DNA from: a virus
Taxonomy: Duplodnaviria > Heunggongvirae > Uroviricota > Caudoviricetes
DNA: 64,000 nt
Strand: one strand, 5' to 3'
IMG/VR virus record: IMGVR_UViG_3300038379_000173
Coordinates: 64,001 to 128,000 of that record
Shown here: in pieces, positions 37,662-46,530 of the stretch
Layout: each line of letters opens with the position of its first letter
Position numbering within the stretch: position 1 is the first letter of the stretch
Notes under the pieces: generated by a model
Databases searched by the model: none
What the model was told of the DNA's origin: nothing
What the model saw: only the letters and a program-made list of their open reading frames with translations
Program-made: the position numbers and the translations under genes

Positions 37662-39284
37662 TTAGCCTCCCGAAATGGCTACAAAGCCACAAAGCGTAGT
37701 CACTTGGTCTTGGCGCACACCATTAACTTGGGCACGCCAATCAACTGAATAGAGAGTACCGCTTAACATTGGAACATCAACCATAGTGTTATTTTGTATT
37801 GTCCCATGTGATGGGTTTGCCAACGCACAGAGTTTTGTTGGCATCTGTTGGTCGGTATCAAAAAACCACTGAATGTTAACTAACGACCCAGCATCGTAAT
37901 TAATCCCACTAGCTGGAATGAGTTCAAAGAAAATCTTAACATTCCCACGAGTTTCGCTTCGCGTTCTACCCCTGTAAACAATATCCATTATTGGGATAGA
38001 TGAAGTAAAAAGAGGCGCATGTGGTGTAACTTGTGGAGTGAACCTGGTGCCGCCGCCAAGTTTATCCTGCGGGTATGCCATATGCCACTGCCAATTAAAA
38101 CTCTCTCCAGCAGCAAATATATATTGTGGGCCGCGCCAACGGTACCCTTTATAGTCCCCATGGTCACCAGCCCCAGTTTCACGGAAAATCATAGTAAATT
38201 CAGGTGCTACATCCTGGTGAAATAAGCTACCATGGTCACAGATAAATCTCCACAAAGAGTCAGCTTCAACGTTAGCTGTCGCATTACCTGCGCGATGTGC
38301 AGCAGTCATAAATCCATCTTCTACACGCGCAACAGCAGCAATTCTATCGCCACTACCCTCAATTTGCCATACACCCCAGCCATCAAATCCCATTGTTGGA
38401 TTACAGAAATACCACGCATACATTTTTGGCACGCCAGTAACGCCATGAGTGGTAGAAGTAAAGACGTTATCTGTGAATAAACATGGGCGCCCTTCAGTTG
38501 AAGATGGGCCGGCTGTCTCTTGTGTACCAGAAGTAGAAGGTAGTGTTATTATAGGATAGACGCCATTAGTAGTAACCTGCGATACCATCACAGCAGTACG
38601 AGTACTATTACTATGGAGTGCATACAAACTGCCACTATAGATAGCAAAATCAAGCGGGAGTCCTAGCGTCGTTCCATGTGTTATAGCGCCAAACGTTTGA
38701 AAATGTGGGTTATAAACGCCCATAGAGGTTGTAGAATCGCCTTGAAAATAAACCTTCCCGCCGTATAAGATTTCTGCATGCACACCATTGGCGCCTATTG
38801 CGTGAGAAACGCCCAGAACACCACTTTCTACCGCTCCAGTTATAGTATTGATTCTAATTGATTCCCAAGTTGATGTAGCTCCGCGCTGATAGGCCGTAAC
38901 TACATATGGGACACCAGTAATAGAAACAGGATATAGACCTAAACACCTGTTCCAGGAGCGTGGCGCAACAGTAAACCGCGCAGCCTCAACCCATTGGTTA
39001 CCTCCATGGTCAAAACGAAAAATACTACTGGAGACCAATGCGTATATTTCATTGCGCACTATCAATACACGATTACTTGCAGTATTGTTTAGGGTATTAG
39101 GTTCAGCGTCTGAAAATGCCGGCAGTCCAGTAGTAGGGTATGTAACTCCTGTTGTAATATTTCCAGTAACATCCTGACGACTTACAATAAGTCCAGTCGG
39201 GCCTGGTGCGCGTCCTGGATTGCCCGGAGGCTGCTGAACATTCTCTGCTTTGTGTCTTACAACTAAACGATGATTGGTTGCCAT
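37662..39284 (-). CDS. Beta-rich putative virion/tail-associated protein
   Basis: Same composition and shared motifs as 36227..37660. Confidence 0.55.
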   Translation of the reverse strand: MATNHRLVVRHKAENVQQPPGNPGRAPGPTGLIVSRQDVTGNITTGVTYPTTGLPAFSDAEPNTLNNTASNRVLIVRNEIYALVSSSIFRFDHGGNQWVEAARFTVAPRSWNRCLGLYPVSITGVPYVVTAYQRGATSTWESIRINTITGAVESGVLGVSHAIGANGVHAEILYGGKVYFQGDSTTSMGVYNPHFQTFGAITHGTTLGLPLDFAIYSGSLYALHSNSTRTAVMVSQVTTNGVYPIITLPSTSGTQETAGPSSTEGRPCLFTDNVFTSTTHGVTGVPKMYAWYFCNPTMGFDGWGVWQIEGSGDRIAAVARVEDGFMTAAHRAGNATANVEADSLWRFICDHGSLFHQDVAPEFTMIFRETGAGDHGDYKGYRWRGPQYIFAAGESFNWQWHMAYPQDKLGGGTRFTPQVTPHAPLFTSSIPIMDIVYRGRTRSETRGNVKIFFELIPASGINYDAGSLVNIQWFFDTDQQMPTKLCALANPSHGTIQNNTMVDVPMLSGTLYSVDWRAQVNGVRQDQVTTLCGFVAISGG

Positions 39285-39676
39285 TAGATAACTGCACTAC
39301 GTATCTCATCCACTTTGAGTTTGCGGAAAGCAGGAGTTGCACCGTGAAGTTGGAAATTGTAGGCTTCACCTAGTGACATAGAGTGAGTAAATGTGTATGG
39401 TGCACCACTAACCAGCACAACGCCTTCATTTGGGAATGCCTGATAAGTCGTAGTCCCATCGTAGATGGAAATAACAAATGTAGCCGCTCCGCTCGACGTA
39501 ACGGTCATTCGCATAGCTGACCAACCAACAGTCGGAACTATACCACTACTTGCTAGAACATTAACACCAGAACCTACGTATTGATTACGTATATCTACGA
39601 GAGTAGAGATATCTGGCTGCGTTGTAGTTGGAAGCGCAACGGCAGCAGAAATACCCGGACTGTAAAGTGCGCTCAT
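39284..39676 (-). CDS. Small beta-rich hypothetical protein
   Basis: Strong GGGAGG RBS; coupled to the downstream gene. Confidence 0.6.
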   Translation of the reverse strand: MSALYSPGISAAVALPTTTQPDISTLVDIRNQYVGSGVNVLASSGIVPTVGWSAMRMTVTSSGAATFVISIYDGTTTYQAFPNEGVVLVSGAPYTFTHSMSLGEAYNFQLHGATPAFRKLKVDEIRSAVI

Positions 39677-39727
39677 ATAACCTCCCGCTCTCTATTATAT
39701 ACACAGAAGGTTTATGACAGAAAATAT

Positions 39728-40141
39728 TTATTCTATGGCAGCTAATGTAGTCCAGATATCTTTTTGAGCACTCCAATTACCAATCCCATTTTTTATTTTT
39801 TCTTTGTTTTCAATATGAGTGACTTTGGGTGCGGCCCTAAATCTTCCGCGCTCAATCTCTTTTTGTAATAGAGCTTCTACTTCTGCATAATTAGCCCAGG
39901 AAGTTAAGGTGCGAGTTTGCGCAACATGACATACTAATTTAATACCATGCGCTTTAATAAACTTCTTTACGGCTCTAAGTTCGTTTGTAAAAATCCACTT
40001 ATATTGTGTGAGCCGCCAAAAATACTTAGGAAGACGCTTGCCATGTTTACGTTGCATGATAAGCTCAACCAGAAAAGCATCAATAGCATGCGTTGCTTCT
40101 GGTGTTGAAAATGACTTATAGCGTGGTTTTCGTGTAGACAT
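39728..40141 (-). CDS. Hypothetical basic protein
   Basis: MSTRKPRYKS...; first gene after a sigma70-type promoter. Confidence 0.65.
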   Translation of the reverse strand: MSTRKPRYKSFSTPEATHAIDAFLVELIMQRKHGKRLPKYFWRLTQYKWIFTNELRAVKKFIKAHGIKLVCHVAQTRTLTSWANYAEVEALLQKEIERGRFRAAPKVTHIENKEKIKNGIGNWSAQKDIWTTLAAIE

Positions 40142-40257
40142 AGTTACCCTTCGCTGACCGCTTTTCACTTCCCGTTTCGTTCTCTTACCGAGCGGTCAGA
40201 AGAAATCCAGAACCCCTATAGCGCCCCAACTCCGTTGGGTCGCTTAAATCCCCTTCT

Positions 40258-40286
40258 ATGATAGTTGCGGTAAAATATCTTGTCAA
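40258..40286 (-). promoter_or_regulatory. Sigma70-type promoter
   Basis: TTGACA (40286-40281), 17-nt spacer, TATCAT (40263-40258), in the largest intergenic gap, with an AT-rich upstream region. Confidence 0.8.
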
Positions 40287-40461
40287 CCAACAAAATTTAT
40301 TTTTTACCAAGATTTTACATTTCACATTTTCCGTGCAAAGACAACCGTTTAAAATTCTATAAAAGCCAGCTAAAATCACACGTTTTGTACCTCTATACTT
40401 ACGAATTTTAAGAACGCAACCAACTTGGCCGGTTATCCCAATAAATATATCACCTTACTCA

Positions 40462-42252
40462 TTATGAATGCCCTAGTGGCGGGCTCGGAGCCGTTGGGTC
40501 AAAGAATGTGGTGTCGCCCAGAACGCCTTCACCTTCGCTCGTTCCGGCGTGTGTGAAGGCACAACTAGCGACCAAAGTATCGTCAGGACCGCATGGATTT
40601 TCGATATGTATGTTAAGCTCGGCACCTGTATCAATCTGATATTGTGCGAATGAATCAATAGTACACTCTGGTGGCGTTTCACCCGGACAACCCATCTGGT
40701 CTGGATTAATAGGGATAGTTGAAAGTGTAGGTGGTGCGATTTGAGGAATTATTATTTCGCATTCTGTGCAGGCTTCTATCTGTCCAACTAAATTGATTAT
40801 AAGTGCATTAACACTTGATGTTAGTGCGGCCAAAGCAGCATTTGTACTTGTCATTATAGAATTCACGACTGGTTGAAGTTCGCGTTTGAGCCAAGGCGCA
40901 GAAGAATAGTTTAATCTCCAAACTGCATTGTATGCATTTTTCGCCGCCCACTCTATGTGGTTTGCGATACAAGCAGTATATTCTTCATTCCATGAGCAAA
41001 TCAAATCTTGAAGTTCGAACACTCCATCATTTATAATGTTTTCTGAGTTCTCAAATAATGTTGCCATATGAAGAGTATATCCAGCATCGTCACATAAAAA
41101 TAGTGGCGTTTGACGCGGTGGGACGTGCATAACTGGATGCCATTTACCATCTGAACCCATAAGCATGTCGCCAACATAGATATCGTCTATATCGAGAGTG
41201 GTAGCATTAACTGGAGAAGATGAAATATCGAACGGCCCCATAGAGTTAAATGCTATTGGGCCAACTAATGCTAAGCTAAATTGAAAATTAGCACTTGTAC
41301 GAATATCTAAAGTTGGACTAGTAGAAACTTTGGTAAATTCCGCCCCACATATTACGGTATCATTACCCCTGTTGATTATGAAAACATCGCTAAGTGGAGC
41401 CGCTCCGCCACCACCTTGGTCAAATAATTTGTGTTGTAGGTGCGTGCAAATCTCGCCGGTTTGGTCATCATCGTTGTCGCGACCTGTCGCGGCATTATGA
41501 TTGGTTTTCCGTACCCACCAGACATCTCCGAGACGGCCCCGCAAAAATGGATAGCCAAGTGTAGCATCTGGATTAGTGGCAAAAACCCACGTGCCAACGC
41601 CATTAGAATAGGTGTCGGCTATAAGGTCATTCCAGGCGCGCCACACACCCCGTTTAGTATCCCAACGAATATCGAGTGGCCCCGTCTTCCATGTTTCGCG
41701 CGCCAATTTATGCTCAGCATCATTAGCTCGCTGGTCTGAAGGATTGGGGTCTGTTGGGCGCATTGTAATGGTATGACCCCATCCCACCATATGCGCAGGC
41801 GCGCGCAAGCCTATTGAGCGAACTTCTGCTGTGTCTCCAAATTGAGCCCCTGCACGCGCTGCCGTTACTGTATTCCTTGAAATAACGTAGTGGATTTGTT
41901 GTTGTGAGGCCGCCCTGTCATACAAATTGAGATTGGCCGCGGTTGGAGTTGCCTGGAAAATACCAGCGAAGTTGTTATTTGCAGCATCAATTGATATTTG
42001 AAGGTCACTACCCCTCAGGAGATTTAGAAAAGCATCGTATGATGCTCCGTAGGTTTGAACCCAAGACTCGTCATCTAGGGCAAAAGACCCTGGTGGCTGA
42101 GCACTAATAATAATGGGGGCGCTGTCGGTCGGCCGCTTACCCCTCACTGCTGGCTTGGAACTGCCACACTGACCGCCAGACACACCATAGGATTGCTTGG
42201 GATAATTGACCTGGTGGATACGGTCACGATTATCAGGGTCTTTTCTAGTCAA
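40462..42252 (-). CDS. Putative tail-tip/fibre-associated protein with Cys-rich C-terminal region
   Basis: Last gene of the tail module; TTG 42252 with GGAGG RBS; ALRAP..VGWG-like motif GLRAPAHMVGWG; GPLDIRWD. Confidence 0.55.
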   Translation of the reverse strand: MTRKDPDNRDRIHQVNYPKQSYGVSGGQCGSSKPAVRGKRPTDSAPIIISAQPPGSFALDDESWVQTYGASYDAFLNLLRGSDLQISIDAANNNFAGIFQATPTAANLNLYDRAASQQQIHYVISRNTVTAARAGAQFGDTAEVRSIGLRAPAHMVGWGHTITMRPTDPNPSDQRANDAEHKLARETWKTGPLDIRWDTKRGVWRAWNDLIADTYSNGVGTWVFATNPDATLGYPFLRGRLGDVWWVRKTNHNAATGRDNDDDQTGEICTHLQHKLFDQGGGGAAPLSDVFIINRGNDTVICGAEFTKVSTSPTLDIRTSANFQFSLALVGPIAFNSMGPFDISSSPVNATTLDIDDIYVGDMLMGSDGKWHPVMHVPPRQTPLFLCDDAGYTLHMATLFENSENIINDGVFELQDLICSWNEEYTACIANHIEWAAKNAYNAVWRLNYSSAPWLKRELQPVVNSIMTSTNAALAALTSSVNALIINLVGQIEACTECEIIIPQIAPPTLSTIPINPDQMGCPGETPPECTIDSFAQYQIDTGAELNIHIENPCGPDDTLVASCAFTHAGTSEGEGVLGDTTFFDPTAPSPPLGHS

Positions 42253-44554
42253 TTGATGTTGCCCCTCCGGCTGTCCCGTAGGTACTTGCCGCACCACGCC
42301 CTGCAAATTGTCTTGAGATAACCGGGCGATATTGTTGTATAAAGGCCACTATATCTTGTGGTAGCGTACGCGCGCCACTTCTACGTGCGAATAAACTCAA
42401 TGTGGCCAATTCTTGCTTGGACAACTCTCCGAACTTGCGCAAGAAACTCCTTAGTTCGTATGTAGTTGTTACTCCACCAATACCAAAGTTAACACCGATT
42501 GAGTTGATATTAGAATTGAAGCCAAGAGCAGCACCAATAGAAAAGGCTGGGTAGCCCTCTACCGTAATATTAGCTGTCTCTACTTGTTTGACATTTGAAG
42601 CTTCGTTGTCCACTTTAAATTGCATGGCGTCCAACATTAGCGAGGCACTACCAAACTCCCAAGGGGCAAAGCCGTCATCTTGTTCTATATTAAGCCGCCC
42701 TTGGGCATCTGCCAGGGTGGTTGAAAAAACTGGGCCATACCGAGTATACTTTGAGCGAACTGGCAGATAACAGTAGCGCGGCTGATAGCATTTCGCATGC
42801 ACCTTGCCAAACGCTGGATATTCTCCATGAATGTGCATTAGGATAAGTTGGGCACGTTTTGCCTTTGACGATGTCGTGCCATCCGCATTTACGTCCTCTA
42901 CTACTGGTCTCAATTGCTTAACAGCCTCTAAAACTTCATCGGTTGAAGGATTAGCAAATATCACCGGGGTGTCGATACGAACGATACCGCCTTCTTCTAT
43001 TGTGGCTGCTATAAAAAGACTGTCTTCGCGGATAATCCAGTCAGCCTTATCACTCTCGACCAATGCATCTACTTTGTTGAATGAATTACGTAATTCCATA
43101 GAGAGGGCTTGCGCGGCATTCGCACCCTTGCCTAGTGCAAACTGCCCGGCAAAGCCCAATACGCCTTGTTGAGGGTTAGCTACCAATGAGTCTGTTGGAG
43201 TAAACTCAACATAACAACGGGTGCGCCCTTGTTCATTCCTAAAATATTCATTAGGGTCGTTATTACCAGCAATGACATCGGCTGTCCAAGCCGCATCTGC
43301 TATATCTACATCAAATGGGCGCGCATACAGGAAGCGCTTGCCGTATGAAGCTTCGGCATGTCCCCTCAGGCGCTCATAAATGATTCCGAAGGCCACGTCC
43401 TCAGATTCAGTTGAAACTAATGTCCTATTTGGATTTATGGCCGTTTGACGTAGAATATCTGAGAAGTCAGTTGGGGTGATAATCGGCGCGGCTGTAGCCT
43501 GTTGTATACCACCAACACTATAGCGGTCCAAACCTCCATTAAGTGATATCCAAAGTCGCCATGATTCCTTGGACCCCATTATCCATCTCATCTCTTCTTC
43601 TGTCATAAAATAGGCACTAGAGCCGCCAGCGTCACTAAGGTCGATTGGATTGTTGGCTAACCCTAGTATGTTGACGCGCGAAATCTGTTCAACTTGAGCA
43701 CCTAATAGCACACTACAAGCCACATCATTTCGCAACTCATACCCGCGCGTTGCCTCAGAAACGCGTCCAGAATGGGCCGCCAAGAATGTGTCTAGGTCTA
43801 AATCAACGTTGTCAGTTGAGCGGTCAATGACGTGGACAACAACATCAATGTAGTTATCTACTTCATTGCGTGACGAAGTCACCCTCCAGTCTAGCGAATG
43901 TCTAGTGGCCACCTCTTGGATGAAATCTGCGACTGATATTAAATTACTATTGATTCTAAAGGAAGGGTCTACATATGCCGACAGATTATCCAACAAGAAC
44001 CTATACGTTTCTCCAAATGCATTAGCTACTTGACCCTCTACGTTCATGTAGATACCAGTGGCGGCTTGGATTACGCCGCCGCGCATAGCCCAAGCTATCT
44101 TGTAGTATTCCATACCGGCTTGATTCCAACCAGATAGATTTATTCCAGTAGTTTCGTAGTCGTCATAAGCCCCAAAAGCATCTATGACAGAACATTCAGT
44201 ACCTGCAATGCCCGCCACTACATTGCGAAAACCAGGAGCCAGAATTATAGGCACCCCTCGCATTATTTCACGCGGGTCAGCCAAATTGACTCTGATTTGT
44301 CTGCCGCCGATATTAGCAATATCGCGTGTCCATGAAGTAACGACTCCATCAAAACGAAAATTACTACCTAATTCAACGGTCTGGTATGAGCCAACTTCAG
44401 GCTCAGTAAAAACAACACCGTTAGAAGTGTCCTCTACCACTGTTACATTGCACGTCGAAGGCGCCTGTTCTAACCCTAATTGATTTTGGAGAGCAGTTAT
44501 ATACGCACCAAGAAAACGCGGTGGCTGCCCAGCTAAATTAACACTTGTAATCAC
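42245..44554 (-). CDS. Tail-tip/hub-like protein
   Basis: Position after the tape measure gene; N-terminal hub-like FLGAYI...CNVTVVED...FRFDGVV; start refined to GTG 44554. Confidence 0.55.
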   Translation of the reverse strand: MITSVNLAGQPPRFLGAYITALQNQLGLEQAPSTCNVTVVEDTSNGVVFTEPEVGSYQTVELGSNFRFDGVVTSWTRDIANIGGRQIRVNLADPREIMRGVPIILAPGFRNVVAGIAGTECSVIDAFGAYDDYETTGINLSGWNQAGMEYYKIAWAMRGGVIQAATGIYMNVEGQVANAFGETYRFLLDNLSAYVDPSFRINSNLISVADFIQEVATRHSLDWRVTSSRNEVDNYIDVVVHVIDRSTDNVDLDLDTFLAAHSGRVSEATRGYELRNDVACSVLLGAQVEQISRVNILGLANNPIDLSDAGGSSAYFMTEEEMRWIMGSKESWRLWISLNGGLDRYSVGGIQQATAAPIITPTDFSDILRQTAINPNRTLVSTESEDVAFGIIYERLRGHAEASYGKRFLYARPFDVDIADAAWTADVIAGNNDPNEYFRNEQGRTRCYVEFTPTDSLVANPQQGVLGFAGQFALGKGANAAQALSMELRNSFNKVDALVESDKADWIIREDSLFIAATIEEGGIVRIDTPVIFANPSTDEVLEAVKQLRPVVEDVNADGTTSSKAKRAQLILMHIHGEYPAFGKVHAKCYQPRYCYLPVRSKYTRYGPVFSTTLADAQGRLNIEQDDGFAPWEFGSASLMLDAMQFKVDNEASNVKQVETANITVEGYPAFSIGAALGFNSNINSIGVNFGIGGVTTTYELRSFLRKFGELSKQELATLSLFARRSGARTLPQDIVAFIQQYRPVISRQFAGRGAASTYGTAGGATSID

Positions 44555-46524
44555 TACACATACTTCCAGGTAACATTTCGTGTAAATTGCCACGTTTGAC
44601 GATTAAATGATACTGTATCTTCGGTTTTGAACGCCGCGGCGGTAGGTTTTTCACCGCGCGCATTTTGTGCTGATGTATTTTCAACTAATGTGTCAGACTC
44701 GGCCAATGCGATAGAAATAGCTTCATCACTCCCAACGTTTGTATTGCCACATGGTCCATCGTTCACCATCACATAGGTGACAGTTAGTTGCTTAGAGAGT
44801 CCAGTGTAAGTCTCTTGGTCTTGTAATATAGGTCCAGAAAGTTTGCCTGGTATTGCGATTTCTGCAATAACCCTGCCGGCTCGCTGGAATGACACTTCTA
44901 TATTTTCACTCTTTATAGCACTATTAGTATTTTTCAACCTACTCTCAAAGGACTGAGAGTAAGTGATAGTGCCGGCTAGAGGATTTATACCGAAGGTTTT
45001 AGTAATCGGCTCAGCTGTATACACACAAGTATCGGCTGGTATAACTTGTGAGATACGCCCAACGATTAATGGCTCTACTGTTGAGAAATAAGCACCAGAG
45101 GCGTTAGCAAAACGAACTATGCTTTTAGTTGAAGTTTCAACACCAAGACCCTGTACTGTACCTTGGATAGTAATGTTTGTTGCCGCAGTTTCAGCACCTT
45201 GAGTCCTATCTATGTTATATTGTTCTGTCCACAGCGGTGTTGTTTGGTCCGTGAAGACCTTTGTGAGACTAAAAGAACGCGCCAATTCATCACGCTGGGT
45301 ACTAACGCTCAACAAGTTTCCAGAAAGAGAAGCTGAGAAGATTGGTTCGGCCGAACTAATTGGATAGTTCTGCTCGAAACAAAATGCTATGGCGTCTTGT
45401 ATAACTCCGCTACTACCCGCTCGTAGTGCGCACGATGTTGTAACTGTCTGTACAACAGAACCGTCGTCCTGGCGTTCAAAAGAACGATTTATCGTCCTGT
45501 TTGTTAATTGTTCAGCAGCCCCAGAAGGAACAACACTTATGCTATAAGAAACAGTACCAGCTAGTCTATTAAGACTCTTTGATTTAGAAGCTAAACCCGA
45601 TGTGGCATTGAAATTAATCTGTGGCGCAACAAAGTTGTCAAAGCCAGCCTGAGCATTTATGTAGCGGTCAAATGTAGTATCGCCATAGCCCTGCACAGTC
45701 CCATTTATATTGATTGTTTGGACTAAGGTGTTGGTTTCATCCAACTCGTGGGTTACTTCAATAGTGCGGTCGTCTAAGAATGCGCCGCTCGACATTACCC
45801 AAGTTTCACTAACACTATAACTACCGGCTGTTACGTCGGATGTTTCTTGGACAACATGGTTGTATGCTGCGAGCCCCGCTATATCAACAAGAGAGGCAAC
45901 AAATGGCGAGCGTAACGCAAGACTTTCTGCAACGTCTGGTCCACCTATGCGTGGAAGAACCCAAAGGCGTGCATTTTGGATTGCCGTGCGGCTTGGGGCA
46001 AATTGTGGGATACCAACTGCTGAAATTTGATGGGAGACAGCTATAGTATCGTTGTCTTGTTGCGAAAAATCCCACGATTCGGTATATTCGCGCACATTTC
46101 CGGTGCCGGCCGGAGTTTCATATTCGAAGGTGACGCTGTAAGGACTTTGGAAAACTAATCTTTCCTCATCAAAAGATATGGCGGTTACGAGCGGTTGGAC
46201 TGCAACGATAGGATAGCCAGAAACATCAACAATTAGAAGGTTACCCCTGTCCTCACTTAACGCGTCTTTTAATTGGTCACGCTTTCTATCCAATAAACTA
46301 ATACATGTTGATTCGTCTGGTACTCCAGAAAGTGCTGGGAGAGTAGGGAGTAATGTACCATTGAATGTTAACTGTGTGATGACACCAAGTCGTTGGTCCC
46401 CAGCGCCCGTACGCAATATCTCTTGGGATTCCGCCAAAAGTGGAACTGGCGTGAAACAGTATGTGCGGCCATCACTTGGCCGCGTATAATACATAGAGCA
46501 ATTACCATTTAGTAATGCGGCCAT
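44554..46524 (-). CDS. Distal tail/baseplate-like protein with repeated beta modules
   Basis: Repeated (S/T)E(S/T)W/Y...ISINGTVQG modules; synteny with the tail module. Confidence 0.5.
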   Translation of the reverse strand: MAALLNGNCSMYYTRPSDGRTYCFTPVPLLAESQEILRTGAGDQRLGVITQLTFNGTLLPTLPALSGVPDESTCISLLDRKRDQLKDALSEDRGNLLIVDVSGYPIVAVQPLVTAISFDEERLVFQSPYSVTFEYETPAGTGNVREYTESWDFSQQDNDTIAVSHQISAVGIPQFAPSRTAIQNARLWVLPRIGGPDVAESLALRSPFVASLVDIAGLAAYNHVVQETSDVTAGSYSVSETWVMSSGAFLDDRTIEVTHELDETNTLVQTININGTVQGYGDTTFDRYINAQAGFDNFVAPQINFNATSGLASKSKSLNRLAGTVSYSISVVPSGAAEQLTNRTINRSFERQDDGSVVQTVTTSCALRAGSSGVIQDAIAFCFEQNYPISSAEPIFSASLSGNLLSVSTQRDELARSFSLTKVFTDQTTPLWTEQYNIDRTQGAETAATNITIQGTVQGLGVETSTKSIVRFANASGAYFSTVEPLIVGRISQVIPADTCVYTAEPITKTFGINPLAGTITYSQSFESRLKNTNSAIKSENIEVSFQRAGRVIAEIAIPGKLSGPILQDQETYTGLSKQLTVTYVMVNDGPCGNTNVGSDEAISIALAESDTLVENTSAQNARGEKPTAAAFKTEDTVSFNRQTWQFTRNVTWKYV

Positions 46525-46530
46525 GACAAC

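Noticed and set aside
40142-40257. tRNA gene in the intergenic gap
   Set aside because: No cloverleaf, TTC T-loop or CCA end recognisable; kept only as a structured-leader hypothesis.
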